Assembly (NCBI GenBank): GCA_000165345.1
Contig: CM000431.1
Location: 576,001-640,000, forward strand
Direction of reading: 5' to 3'
DNA: 64,000 nucleotides
In this document: piece after piece, positions 1 to 15,000 of the stretch
How positions within the stretch are numbered: the stretch's first letter is position 1
Layout of the letters: every line of letters starts with the position of its first letter
The notes under the pieces: generated by a model
Told to the model about the DNA's origin: nothing
The model's input: only the letters and a program-made list of their open reading frames with translations
The model's database searches: none
Position numbers and translations under genes: made by a program

Positions 1-3000
1 AATGAAAATATTTGCATTCCAAATAACTCCGGATTATGGGGATTAGCTAAATCAGCAAATCTTGAAATTAGTTCTTTATTAACAAACTTTAGCCAACCAA
101 TCAAGAGTGTGGATCTAGAAATTACAGATTTTAGTGATAATCAATATTTGAGAAAAACCATAGGAAGCTTAGTTCGATGGATAGGAAACTTTGAATATTC
201 ATCTCTAAAAGAAAAAGAAAATCTTATTTTCAAATTTGAAAGGGAATTTAGTATTACCTCCAAAAATATATATGTAAACAGAATAAATAAATTCCATAAG
301 CAAATTGTTGGGCCAGTTGAATTATTCATGCAAAATAGAGGTTCAATTTCTAACTTATCGTTAATAGAATCAGAGCCTATACAACTTGAAAAATTGAATG
401 ACTATGAAGTAGTTATGAGAGTGAAATCTATTGGATTAAATTTTAGAGATGTATTAAATGTTATGGGATTGTATCCCGGTGACCCTGGACCTCCCGGCGG
501 TGATTGTTCTGGTACTGTTGTCGCTGTTGGTGAAGGCGTTAAGCATATTAAAGTTGGTGATAATGTATTTGGAATTGCTCCTGGATGCTTAAAAACTTAT
601 GTTACCACTGATTCAAATTTGTTATGCAAAATTCCAAAAGGATTTACCTTCGAACAAGCTGCTGCGTTACCAGTTGTTGCAACTACAGTTGAATATTCTC
701 TTAAAGATATTGCGAATATTAAAAAAGGAGATATTGTTCTAGTTCATGCAGTTACTGGTGGCGTAGGATTAATGGTTGTTCAATATTGCAAAGCAATTGG
801 TGCTAAAGTATACGGCACAGCTGGAAGCGAATCTAAAGTTGAATATGCACTTTCTAATGGTGTTGAGAGGGTAAGTAGCTCGAGAAATGCTGATAAATTT
901 AAAGAGGATATGAAAGATTTAGAGGGAAAAGTTGATATTGTAATCAATTCATTGATCGAAGACTTTATTCCAAATTCTTTGAATTTATTGAAAAAAGGTG
1001 GTTGTTTTGTCGAATTGGGAAAAAGAGGAATATGGACAGAAGAAGAGATGAAAGAAAAGAGACCTGATATTAAGTACAAATGTGTTGCTGTTGATGTAAT
1101 GATGGAGGAAGATCCTTCTTGGTTTGGGGGAATGCTAACAAGAATAAAAAATTTGGCAGAAGAAGGAATAATCGAATCATTACCATTGAAGGTGTTTGAT
1201 ATGAGAGGTTCAGATGAGAATGGAATAGATGCATTCAGATATATGCAAAGAGCGCAACATATAGGAAAGGTTATTATTAAAATTCCATACTTAGCCGGTA
1301 TTGGAGATAATTCAATTCCAGAAGAATGCTTGATTACAGGTGGAAGTGGTTCTTTAGGTCTAGTTCTCACAGAGACCCTGCTTAATGAGGGTATTACAAA
1401 TATTTCTATAATTTCTAGATCAGGAATTGAATCACAATCAGATAGTATAAAAGCCAAATGGGAGAAACTATTTAAGAGAATTCTGAATAATAAAAATGGT
1501 AATAGTGGTATTAGATTCTTTAATATTGATATTGGCAACAAAGATTCAGTATATAAATTAATTAATACAGAGTTTAAAAACCTAAAGCATATATTCCATT
1601 TGGCAGGAGTACTTTCAGACTCAAACATCGAAACTCAAACTCGTGAAAGCATTGAGGAGGTATTTAAACCAAAAGCAATCGGTGCATGGAACTTACACAA
1701 CATCTGTGAAGAATTAGGGTTAAACAAAGAATTAAAGACATTTGTTATGTATTCTTCGATTGCATCAGGTTTAGGTAACTTTGGTCAAACAAACTACTCT
1801 GCAGCAAATTCTTGTTTAGATTCATTATCACAATATAGAGTAAGCAAAGGACTTAGCAGCAGAAGTATTCAATGGGGAGCTTGGGATGAGGATGGAATGG
1901 CTATGAATATAAGACAGCATTTGGGATTGGTAGGAATGAGCCCTATCTCCAAAACTACTGGGCAACAGGTAATATTTGATTTAATTACAACACAAATTTA
2001 CGAGGAAAATAGAAAGTCTGCGACAATAATGTGCCTTCCAATTAAATGGAAGACTTATATTAATACAATATATTCTGGAGAAAACATACCCCAGTTCTCA
2101 CTGGTAAATACGAATTTAAGAACTAAAAGGCAGCAAAATACAATATTATTGAAAATGAGTAAAGAAGAACGTGAAACATATATCGAGAAACAGATTATTT
2201 CTCTTTCAAAATCTATTCTTGGTGTTGAAATTAAATCACTGGACCAACCATTACAAGACATTGGAATCGATTCGCTTGCAGCACTTGAATTCAGAAACGC
2301 ATTATCAAAGAAATTTAACATTAAACTGTCAGCAACAACATTATTCGATTATCCTACAATTAGAGGAATTAAGGATCATATATCCGAGAAGCTTTCTGTC
2401 AAAGAGAGCATATACGAAACTAACAAGACTCAAATCTCGAACTTGATTCTTTCCCAAGACAATTTATCAGATGACAATGTTGGAGTTATTGCGGGATTAG
2501 CCTGCAGATTCCCTGGCGGATGCAATACTCCAGATACGCTCTGGAAATCTCTTATTAGAGGTTATTCGATAAATCCATTGTCTGGCAAAATGTTTAACTC
2601 AGTAGGCGGTGCCTTTTGTGCATCTAGAGAAATTCCAATTCAGAGGTGGAATCATAATTTAGTTTATAATGCAGATCCAGATAAAACGGGTAAATGCTAC
2701 TCTTACAAAGCATGTTTTATTGATTCAATAGACATGTTTGATAATTCCAAGTTTGGAATTACGAATATTGAGGCAAAACATATGGATCCTCAGCAAAGAA
2801 TTGTGCTAGAAACATGCTATGAGGCTCTAGTAGCCGCAAAAATTAAAGAAGAAACTCTAATTGGATTTCAAATGGGTGTATTTATTGGTTGTTGTTCAAA
2901 TGATTGGTCATTTTTACAAAGTAGAAAGGGAATGGCACCATTTACAGGGACTGGGGCTGCAAACACTACAATTTCAAACAGAGTTTCATACGTTTTTGGT

Positions 3001-6000
3001 ATGAGGGGTCCAAGCATGACAGTAGATACGGCATGTGCATCATCTCTCACTGCAGCATGCATTGCAATGGACAGTTTTAGAAACAAAGAGTGTAATGGAG
3101 CTATAGTTGGCGGAGTAAATGCTTTATTATCCCCGAACCTCTTCATTGCATTCTGCAAGGCTAGAATGCTTTCAGTAGATGGTAAATGCAAAACATTTGA
3201 CGCTTCAGCTGATGGTTATGTTAGAGGAGAAGGATGTGGCGCAATTGTAATTTTAAAGCAAAGTGAACAAAAGAAGCAAAATACTCCTATATTAGGAAGA
3301 ATAAAAGGTTGGGGATGCAATCATGTAGGGAGAAGCGCAAGCTTAACTGCTCCAAATGGTCCTGCACAAACATGCGTCATTAAAATGGCACTTAATCAAT
3401 CAAAATTAAACAGTTCAGATATTGATTACATTGAAACACATGGAACAGGAACAGCATTAGGAGACCCAATTGAGCTAGGTGCATTAAAAAGTGTTTTTGG
3501 AAGAAATGCAGATTATAAAAGATCAACTCCTTTAGTATTAGGAGCATTAAAAAGTAACATTGGGCACTTGGAGGGCGCAGCAGGTATTGCAGGATTAATT
3601 AAGCTGGTCTTAGTTTTAAAACACGAGACTGCAATTAGAATTGCCCATTTGACTAAAATTAATCCTCATTTAGATTTAGAAGACTTTAATGTCATTATAC
3701 CACAAAAAACCGTTTCATTAAAGTGTAATAAAAACAAACTTATTGGTGGGGTCAGTGGATTTGGATTTGGAGGATGTAATACTCACGTAATAGTGGAATC
3801 AACAGAAAAAAACAAATCTGAGGATATAGAGGCAGCTGATTTCTCGAAAAATCATATTTTGTTCGTATTTACAGGGCAAGGCTCACAGTATATCAATATG
3901 TGTAAGGGTATTTATGAAACTGAACCTATATTTAGAGAAAATATGAATTTATGTAATGAAATCGTTTCTAAAATTCTAAATATATCTCTTCTTGATATAA
4001 TCTATCCAATTGATGGTAATAAAGACGCTGAATTTAAAGCTATGAACATGCTAAATGATACTCGTTATGCTCAGCCAGCAATCTTTGCCGTTGAATATTC
4101 CCTAGCACAATTATGGATTTCTAAAGGTATAAAACCAGATTCAGTACTAGGACATAGCCTTGGAGAGTTTATTGCTGCGACTATTAGTCAAGTAATGACA
4201 ATTGAAGATGCATTAACTCTGGTCACACACAGAGCAAGTATCATGGCATCTACACCTGCTCTAGATGGAATCATGGTAGCCTGTAGACTCACTGAATCTC
4301 AAGTTGTTGATACAATTAAAAGATTCGGCCTCGAAGAATCTGCCTCTCTGGCAGCTGTTAATGGACAGAAAAGTGTCACTATATCTGGGAAAAAAGAGTC
4401 GGTATATAAGATTTTGGAGTATAATAATGTTGGTAGTAGATTCAGACGGCTAGATGTTTCTCATGCATTCCACTCTCCACTGGTCAGTGAAGCATCTGAC
4501 AAATTTAGCAAATTATTGGAAAACATCGAACTAAAAAAACCAACTGTTGAATTTATCTCAACCGTTACTGGAAAAAAAGAAATTGAATCAATATCGACTG
4601 CTAAATATTGGTCAAAACATATATTGAACACTGTTCGACTTTCGGATGCAGTTTATCACGCTATTGAATCTGTAAACTCAAGAATGACATTTATTGAGAT
4701 TACATCAAAGCCTATTCTTTCACAATTATTAAAAGCCCTAATACCTGTAAATAGTAGCCACATTTCAGTTAAATGCACATGCAAGCTGGTAAATTCTGAA
4801 ATTGACTTTATTCAACCTTTAGAGGAAATGCAAGAATTCGGTTCAGAAAATTCAAGTTTTACAAATCATGCTAATAACTTAGATGATGATTCTTGGAGGT
4901 TCAAACTCCTGAAACGAAGGCAAATTTCATGGAGTGATATTAGCCATCCAATAATTGCTCCTCTACATGACTTTAATGATATCGAATGGGTCAAGGAAAA
5001 TATATCCATAAGTAAGTCAAATGCAAGAGAACTTGTCGAAAAATTAGAATTTACCTGTATGATTTCACCAGAATTACTTGATTTGTTTGACAACCACAAA
5101 GTATTGGGACAGTCAATCCTCCCAGGAGCTGCCTTTGTCGATTTTATGGCAACAGTAGCATTGAATTATACAAAGTCGCAATTTACTTTAGGAGTAATTG
5201 GAGCAATGCCAGACTGGATTCAATTAAAGGGAATCTTCTTTAGAAACCCATTTATAATGTCTTCTGCAAAACAATACAAATATTTAAATACACAATTTGA
5301 TAGTCAAGACTATTCTGATGAAGATAATTCAAGCCGTAGTTCAGACTTTAATATTATTATGTCAAAAGGTAACAATTGCCAAATAAGCATTGAGTCTTCA
5401 TTGAAAATGGACGAAGAAACCGTTGTATATGCAACATGTGATGAAGTAGAATACGTATCAAGTATTGAGGCACAAACAAAAAGTTTGTGTATAATTTCTG
5501 AATGGCCAAGCAGTGAACTTATTTCAAACTCAAAAAAAGTTTCCCAAGAAGATATCTATGAAAAAATGTCAATTGCAGGTCTTCAATATGGTAGCAGGTT
5601 CAAAACTCTGAAAGAAATGTGGAAAGTTACTTCAAACTCCGCAGTAGGGATAATTCAAAGCGAGCTATTTACTAAAAATTGTGCAGAATCACCAGATAAT
5701 CTTGCAGTTTATGAATCAATAATGAATGAAAGAGGCTTTACAATACATCCGACTCTTTTGGATGGCGTATTGCATATGTGCGCATCTATACTTGGCGATC
5801 AATCAGATAAGGAGACATTTAATGAATTACACAAGCGAGCCACAATGGTACCAATAAGTATAAATAAATGCCTTATCACTTCTAAAATTGACACTTCAAA
5901 GTATATCAAGGGAGAAAAATATTGGGCTTTTGTTCAGCTCAAAAGTTCGGATAAGGACAGCGCAATAGTAAATGTTGCACTGAAAAGTATGAGTGGAGTT

Positions 6001-9000
6001 CCAATAGCAGTGCTTCTCGGAGTTTCACTTCGCTCTGTTAAAAACGGAGTGATTTCTACTCATACTATTAAACATGTAATTCCAAATGAGCTGTTATGGA
6101 GAATTGACTGGGATGAAGTTATTGAAAGCATTACTAATTCTGAAATAGTGTCGCTTCCAACCAAAGTCAATTGCGATAACACAGAAAATGAGTCCTATCA
6201 AGGGATAAACGCAAATCTGGTTGAAAAAAGAAAAGTTTTATTACTTACTAACTCTTGCAATATTAGTAAAAAAGAATTGTATTCCGAATATTTTACTGCT
6301 GATATTGTATGTGAAGCATCAAAACTATCTTTAGCTGAAATAGAGGCAACAATATATGGGAGAGATGATCAAGAATTGCCACCTTCTCCATCAAATGAAG
6401 CAAAGTATGACTTAATTTGTCTCCATATTCCCAATTCAGATAAGAATAAAGCTATTGTTTCATTATTGCCAGTATTATATCTTTGCAAAATTCTAAGATC
6501 AATGTTCGAAAATAAGGAAAGATTAATTCCACGTGTTAGAATAATTACTGAAAACATATTCAATGTAGATGGAATGAATCTTGAATTTAGAACAAATTCA
6601 GGTGTTGCTCCTTTCATTAAGAGCGCTAGACAAGAACTCGAGTTATTCTCTGATCAATCTGTTTCATTAGGATTAATTGATATAGAGACTGCAGAAGACT
6701 TAAATAAAGCTATAATTCTTTCATTTGTGAAAGATATACTTTGTTTCAAAAAAAGAGAAGATATTACTTCTAACGGCACACTTACAGAATCGCAACGTTT
6801 ATTTTTAAATACCGAATATGAGCCAGAGCTTGTGCTAAAAAAGAAAATTAAAGGTAAAGAAGATAACTGTGAAGCTCATTACAGAATAATTACTCCAAAA
6901 CTAGTCAGCTTAAGAGGCGAAGCAGCGATTATTGGTTCTTGTAAGTTAAATTTGAGTTCTCGCGGAGCGATAAATAATTTAGAGTTGTTACCTTTATCTA
7001 ATGAAGAAAGAAAATGTCCATCTGCAAATACTGTTGAAATTAGAGTAAGGTCAATCGGACTTAACTTTAGAGACGTATTAAATGTTATGGGATTGTATCC
7101 CGGTGACCCTGGACCTCCCGGCGGTGATTGTTCTGGTACTGTTGTCGCTGTTGGTGAAGGCGTTAAGCATATTAAAGTTGGTGATAATGTATTTGGAATT
7201 GCTCCTGGATGCTTAAAAACTTATGTTACCACTGATTCAAATTTGTTATGCAAAATTCCAAAAGGATTTACCTTCGAACAAGCTGCTGCGTTACCAGTTG
7301 TTGCAACTACAGTTGAATATTCTCTTAAAGATATTGCGAATATTAAAAAAGGAGATATTGTTCTAGTTCATGCAGTTACTGGTGGCGTAGGATTAATGGT
7401 TGTTCAATATTGCAAAGCAATTGGTGCTAAAGTATACGGCACAGCTGGAAGCGAATCTAAAGTTGAATATGCACTTTCTAATGGTGTTGAGAGGGTAAGT
7501 AGCTCAAGAAATGCTGATAAATTTAAAGAGGATATGAAAGATTTAGAGGGAAAAGTTGATATTGTAATCAATTCATTGATCGAAGACTTTATTCCAAATT
7601 CTTTGAATTTATTGAAAAAAGGTGGTTGTTTTGTCGAATTGGGAAAAAGAGGAATATGGACAGAAGAAGAGATGAAAGAAAAGAGACCTGATATTAAGTA
7701 CAAATGTGTTGCTGTTGATGTAATGATGGAGGAAGATCCTTCTTGGTTTGGGGGAATGCTAACAAGAATAAAAAATTTGGTAGAAGAAGGAATAATCGAA
7801 TCATTACCATTGAAGGTGTTTGATATGAGAGGTTCAGATGAGAATGGAATAGATGCATTCAGATATATGCAAAGAGCGCAACATATAGGAAAGGTTATCA
7901 TCAAAATTCCAACTCCTTTCAAATATTTAGAATTGGATACGGAAAATCATAAGTTAAACAACGTTGGTTCTGAAAAAGAAGATAGACACAACAATGAATA
8001 TGGCATTCATGTGATTACTGGAGGATTAGGAGGAATTGGAAGGATTATTATCAAGTGGATGTTAGAAGAAGGAGTTAGAAAGATTGCAATTTTATCAAGA
8101 AGCGCTAATAATGATTCTTTAAGAGATATCCCAGAAATAAAGGATTATTTGAATACAGATATTATTCAAATAGAATGCATAAAATGTGATGTTTCGATAT
8201 TGTCACAGGTAGAGAGTGCATTTAGGGAGATTTTAGTTAAATTTGGAGAAACGAACCAAATACATGGAATATTCCATGCTGCAGGTATTCTGATGGATGG
8301 AGCAATTGCTTCTCAAACAATGGAAATGATGGAGTCAGTATATGCACCCAAGGTATATGGAGCATGGAATCTACATGAGTGTTGTGAGAAGTTTGACTTG
8401 AATAAAAATTTGAAGCACTTCGTGATGTTTTCTTCAGTTGCATCATTACTGGGTAATTTTGGTCAAACAAACTACTCTGCAGCGAATTCTTGTTTAGATT
8501 CATTGGTTGAATATAGAAGAAATAAAGGAATGTGCGGAACTAGTATACAATGGGGTCCCTGGATTGAACAAGGAATGGCAATGAATATAAAACAACATTT
8601 AGAGAAGGTTGGAATGCATGGAATATCCAATGAAATGGGTATAAGAGTGATTAATGACGTGATCTTATATCAAAACACAGATTTAGATAAGAACTCATTA
8701 GGGAAATACCCAGTAATCACTTGCCAATCATTTAATTGGAATGTATATATGCGTCAATTATATTATAACTCAAAATATCCATCATTCTTCAAAGATGTGG
8801 TTGCATCAATGTCTACTGGAGAAGTAAAGAATATAGGAATGGATTTCAGGGGAATGAGTAAAGAGGAAGTGTACTCGTATGTTAAAGACTCAGTGCATAA
8901 TATAGTAGAACAGATTATTGGAATACAATCGTCAACTCTTGACTTGGACACGCCATTTTCAGAACTTGGGATGGATTCTTTGTCGGCAATTGAGTTGAGG

Positions 9001-12000
9001 AATGCATTAATTTCAAGATTTGGAATTAAGATATCTTCGACAGCATTGTTTGATTACCCAACATTGAGATCAATTATTCAGCATTTGACAGACTCTTTAT
9101 ATGTTTCAGAAACCCGAGACGCATTTTCTGACCTAGGAATGAGTATCTCAGAAAGAGAGTATTCAGTCGCAATAATTGGTGTTTCTTGTAGGCTTCCCGG
9201 TAGAGTAAAGTCATTTAACGATCTTTATGAAATTGTTTTGCTTAAAAGTAAGGATTGCATTACGGAAATTCCATTAGATAGATGGCCATTTGATTTATAT
9301 TATGACCCAGATCCAGATAATAGAAGCAAGTCATATGTAAACCAAGGTGCATTCATAACTGACATTGATCTATTTGATAATACTTTCTTTGGTCTTTCAT
9401 CAACTGAGGCTACAAATGTTGACCCTCAACAAAAATATATGCTTGAGGTAGCATATGAAGCAATGTATAATTCTGGAATTACAAAACGTTCGCTAACTAG
9501 CATCAAAAAAACAGCAAAAACAGGTGATGATCCTGTATTAATGGGAGTTTTTATTGGCTGTTGCAATACGGATTGGCACTTCCTTCAAGCAAAGTTTGGC
9601 TTTGAAAACTTCACTTCTTATACTGGTTCTGGCGGTGCAAGCTCTCTTGTTTCTAATAGAGTATCATATTCGTTTGGATTTAGGGGGCCTTCGCAGACCA
9701 TAGACACTGCATGCTCTTCGTCTCTTGTTGCGATGGATGCAGCTCTAAAGTCGTTGAAAGAAGGCTCTTGTCATACTGCATTAGTTGGAGGCGTAAACTT
9801 AATGCTAAGCCCGCATTTATTTGTAGCATTTTGCCGTGCAAGAATGCTTTCTCCTGATTGTAGATGTAAAACATTTGACGCCTCTGCAAATGGATATGTT
9901 AGAGGAGAGGGATGCGGCGCAATTTTATTAACTAAGAGATCAGAAATAGGTGGAAAAAAAATTAGGCCAATTGCATATGTGTTGGGATCTGCAACAAATC
10001 ATAATGGGAGATCTGCAAGCCTCACAGCTCCAAATGGTCCCTCACAAACAGAAGTTATTCAAAATGCCCTAAGAAATGCTAGATTAACTCCTAATGATAT
10101 TGATTACCTAGAATCTCATGGAACAGGAACTCCTCTTGGAGATCCTATAGAGTTTGGTGCGTTAAAGACGGTTTTTGGAAACAAAAAGGATATTAAGAGA
10201 AGTCAACCTCTTATTCTTGGAGCTCTGAAAACGAATATTGGTCATCTTGAGGGCGCAGCAGGTGTTTCAGGACTACTAAAGTTAATCTTGGTGTTGAAAA
10301 ATCGTATTGCACCAAAAATATTGCATTTCCAAAAACTTAATCCTCATATTGATACTGAGAACTTCGACGTTGAATTCCCAACTGAGTTAAAACCTATTAT
10401 TTCTAATAAATCAAAATTAGTTGGTGGTGTGAGCTCATTTGGGTTTGGAGGATGTAATTCCCATGTAATTTTGGAATCTGCCTCTGCCAACGAATTGAAT
10501 ACTGAAAGTAGCCAAAATAAAAACTATCCATATTTGATATTTGCGTATACTGGCCAAGGATGCCAATATATTAATATGTGCAAGCAACTGTATGATACGG
10601 AAGAAGTTTTTAGAAATGAAATGGATAAATGCAATGAACTTTTATATCCAATATTGGGGAGATCATTAATTTCAACAATATATTGTGAAAAAACTATGGA
10701 GAGTGAGAAGTTGATAAATCATACATCAATTTCTCAACCAGCAATATTTTCAATTGAATATTCATTAACTAAACTGTGGGAATCAAAGGGTATAGTTCCA
10801 TCTGCAGTAATGGGTCATAGCCTTGGAGAATTTGCAGCAGCAGTTACTAGTGGGATCTTATGCCTCAAAGATGCCATCACTCTAGTTGCAAGGAGAGCAG
10901 AAATTATGGCGTCTCTTCCTCAGAATGATGGAATAATGGTTGCTTGCAGGGTTTCAGAAGATCAAGTATTAGATTCTATTAATAAATTGAACTTAAAAGA
11001 TTCTGCAGCAGTTGCTGCAATAAATGGTCCAAAGAGCGTAACGATATCAGGAAGCAGGAGTTCAGTAATGCAGGTCCTGAATAATTTGGGTATGGAAGAC
11101 AGATATAAACAACTTGATGTTTCTCATGCATTCCATTCTCCTTTGGTTAGCTCTGCTGAAGAAAAGTTTGAAAAAGTAATAGAAAATATTCAATTTTTCG
11201 AGCCAAAATTAACATTCTTTTCTTCTGTAACGGGTAATATTGAATCTAAATTGTTAATAGAAAATAAATATTGGGCACAACATATTATACATTCTGTTAG
11301 ATATTATGATGCACTTGAGACTGCAATTTCCACAGATGAAGAAAACATAGCAATTATCGAAATTGGACCTAAGTCTGTTCTTACCTCGATGGGCAAACAA
11401 GCAGTAGGAGGCATTCAATTAGTACAAAGCTCAAATGAAAATATTTCAAATAATGAATTGACATGGATTCCAACAATTGATAATTCAAAATCAAATACAA
11501 TTGATTTCAATGATGCGCTAAAAGCTGCTCGGGAATATATAAAATATATTTCAGAAAGCGTTTGTGTTCATAAATGGAACCACTCTAGGTTCCATTGGGC
11601 AGATTTGACATCTGTCCACCCCTTATTGGGAAAGTTTTATTCATCAATTTCAGATGAAAATTATCTTGCTTATTCCACTGATATGCTAAAATCTAAAGTA
11701 TTTAAAAACATTGTAGAAGATCATGTTATTTTTGATACAAATATTATTCCCGCAGCAGCATTGATTGAGGCATCTGCATGCGCAGCATTTAAATTACAAA
11801 GGTCTGAAAAGTTCCCATCTAAATACGTCGAAATGGATTCAATGGATATTGAAAAGCCATTAGTATCAAATCAAGATGAAACTACATCTGAAATGGAAGT
11901 CTTTGTTGCAAAAAGTGGAGCAATTCAAATAAGGAAAAAATGCATTTCCGAAGCATTTGAATATGAAGAAGAATTTTCTGGACCACAAATAATTGCCAAT

Positions 12001-15000
12001 GATACAGTATTTAGTAATAGTAGAATTTACCATCATGCATCTATTTCAAACTCTAGAATACTTAGCAAGGATGAAGTAGATAAACAATGTTTCCCAAATT
12101 TAGTGGATTATTTAGAAAAGTATTCATCAAAAGATACAATGGAAGTCCCCATTGACAATATTTACAAAATGATGAATGAAATTGGTCTACAATATCAAAA
12201 AAATTATCAATGCCTTAAAACTGTAAAAGTAAAAATTGATAATAGCAACGATGAAAAAAAAATAAAGAGTTCAGGAAGCAATCAGATAAATGAGGTATTC
12301 TGCTATGTTAAGAGGCCAATAAGTGATTTTGACCTAACTGAGCTTAGGATTCACCCTGGAATGCTTGATTCAGTATTTCAAGCATCCTCAGTTTTGTTTG
12401 CCTCTGATGAGTTATTAGAGGGCAAAGATACGACAAAAAATAAGAGAGGACATGTTGCAATGGCTCCAATTGGATTCACTAAGTGTTTTTATGGAAGAAT
12501 ACAACATAATTCTGATGTTTGGGGTCTAGTGAAATTAAATCGATTTGAAAAAAAAGGAAATATAGCATTTATTGATGTAACTTTGTGGGATAGCAAAACA
12601 AATATTTTGGCAGCGCATTTCCAAGATTTAATTTTAAAAGGATTTTCGAACGCAGCATCGTTACTGTCCCAAGAAGTCAGAATTCCAAACCAGTTTTTGT
12701 GGAGAACTTATAATAAAAAGATAGTAGATAGAACTAATTATATTGAAAATAGCAGTACATTTGAACAAGAAAATAAAGAAGATCAAGATAAAGAGTTCAA
12801 CAGTGAAGACTCCGATCATGATAACCAAATCCAAAAGATTCTTATCTTTGGAATACCAACTGTAATTAAGGAATTGATTTGTAGTAAAATGGACAATAAA
12901 TACAAAAAGATTTCAACCACATTTATTTGTTTAGAAGAAGATCTAACGATTGACCTGATTGATCAGAAAATACAAGAAGAAAACTGGTCTGCTATGTTTT
13001 ATTTAGGTGGTTTAATGGATAATCTCTCAAGTAAGCAAGTTATGGGCGATATTTTAAAAATATCGCAGGTAATTTCAACTATTTCTGTATCTATTACAAC
13101 CGCACCATTTGTTTGTTTAACTTCATTTAATGATTGCAAAGAAGATGGGAACATTCCTAGACATTCAGGAATTAAAGGTTTTGTGAAAACAGCTAGAGTT
13201 GAACTTGAAAATGTCATAGGAAAATCAATAAACATTTCTCATATTGAGTGCAATTCGAGTTTGGTAAACGATCCAGAAACTCTTATGAGGACAATAAGTT
13301 ACATAGCCTCAATATATGAAGGAAAGATTGAAGAGGAAATTACTTTGGAAAGAGATTTAACTATATCTGAAAGTGGAATTTATGCCCCCAGATTAGAAAG
13401 TATTAATTTCCCTGTTTTTGGTGCAATTAAATTAACAATGTCATCTAGGGGAGCAATTGGAAACCTTAAATTCAAGCCACAACCACAATCTGAAAGAGTA
13501 AATCCACCTGCAAATACTGTTGAAATTAGAGTAAGGTCAATCGGACTTAACTTTAGAGACGTATTAAATGTTATGGGATTGTATCCCGGTGACCCTGGAC
13601 CTCCCGGCGGTGATTGTTCTGGTACTGTTGTCGCTGTTGGTGAAGGCGTTAAGCATATTAAAGTTGGTGATAATGTATTTGGAATTGCTCCTGGATGCTT
13701 AAAAACTTATGTTATCACTGATTCAAATTTGTTATGCAAAATTCCAAAAGGATTTACCTTCGAACAAGCTGCTGCGTTACCAGTTGTTGCAACTACAGTT
13801 GAATATTCTCTTAGAGATATTGCGAATATTAAAAAAGGAGATATTGTTCTAGTTCATGCAGTTACTGGTGGCGTAGGATTAATGGTTGTTCAATATTGCA
13901 AAGCAATTGGTGCTAAAGTATACGGCACAGCTGGAAGCGAATCTAAAGTTGAATATGCACTTTCTAATGGTGTTGAGAGGGTAAGCAGCTCAAGAAATGC
14001 TGATAAATTTAAAGAGGACATGAAAGATTTAGAGGGAAAAGTTGATATTGTAATCAATTCATTGATCGAAGACTTTATTCCAAATTCTTTGAATTTATTG
14101 AAAAAAGGTGGTTGTTTTGTTGAATTAGGAAAAAGAGGAATATGGACAGAAGAAGAGATGAAAGAAAAGAGACCTGATATTAAGTATAAATGTGTTGCTG
14201 TTGATGTAATGATGGAGGAAGATCCTTCTTGGTTTGGAGGAATGCTAACAAGAATAAAAAATTTGGTAGAAGAAGGAATAATCGAGTCATTACCATTGAA
14301 GGTGTATGATATGAGAGGTTCAGATGAGAATGGAATAGATGCATTCAGATATATGCAAAGAGCGCAACATATAGGAAAGGTTATCATCAAAATTCCAACT
14401 CCTTTCAAATATTTAGAATTGGATACGGAAAATCATAAGTTAAACAACGTTGGTTCTGAAAAAGAAGATAGACACAACAATGAATATGGCATTCATGTGA
14501 TTACTGGAGGATTAGGAGGAATTGGAAGGATTATTATCAAGTGGATGTTAGAAGAAGGAGTTAGAAAGATTGCAATTTTATCAAGAAGTGCTAATAATGA
14601 TTCTTTAAGAGATATCCCAGAAATAAAGGATTATTTGAATACAGATATTATTCAAATAGAATGCATAAAATGTGATGTTTCGATATTGTCACAGGTAGAG
14701 AGTGCATTTAGGGAGATTTTAGTTAAATTTGGAGAAACGAACCAAATACATGGAATATTCCATGCTGCAGGTATTCTGATGGATGGAGCAATTGCTTCTC
14801 AAACAATGGAAATGATGGAGTCAGTATATGCACCCAAGGTATATGGAGCATGGAATCTACATGAGTGTTGTGAAAAGTTTGAATTGAATAAAAATTTGAA
14901 GCACTTCGTGATGTTTTCTTCAGTTGCATCATTACTGGGTAATTTTGGTCAAACAAACTACTCTGCAGCGAATTCTTGTTTAGATTCATTGGTTGAATAT

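Noticed and set aside
780-1628. Minus-strand ORFs inside the FAS gene (780..1628, 7404..7922, 13890..14408, 8237..8503, 14723..14989 and others)
   Set aside because: They are antisense to a continuous, motif-rich megasynthase frame. The identical 172-aa and 88-aa copies simply mirror the internal ER/KR repeats. There is no independent support for them.
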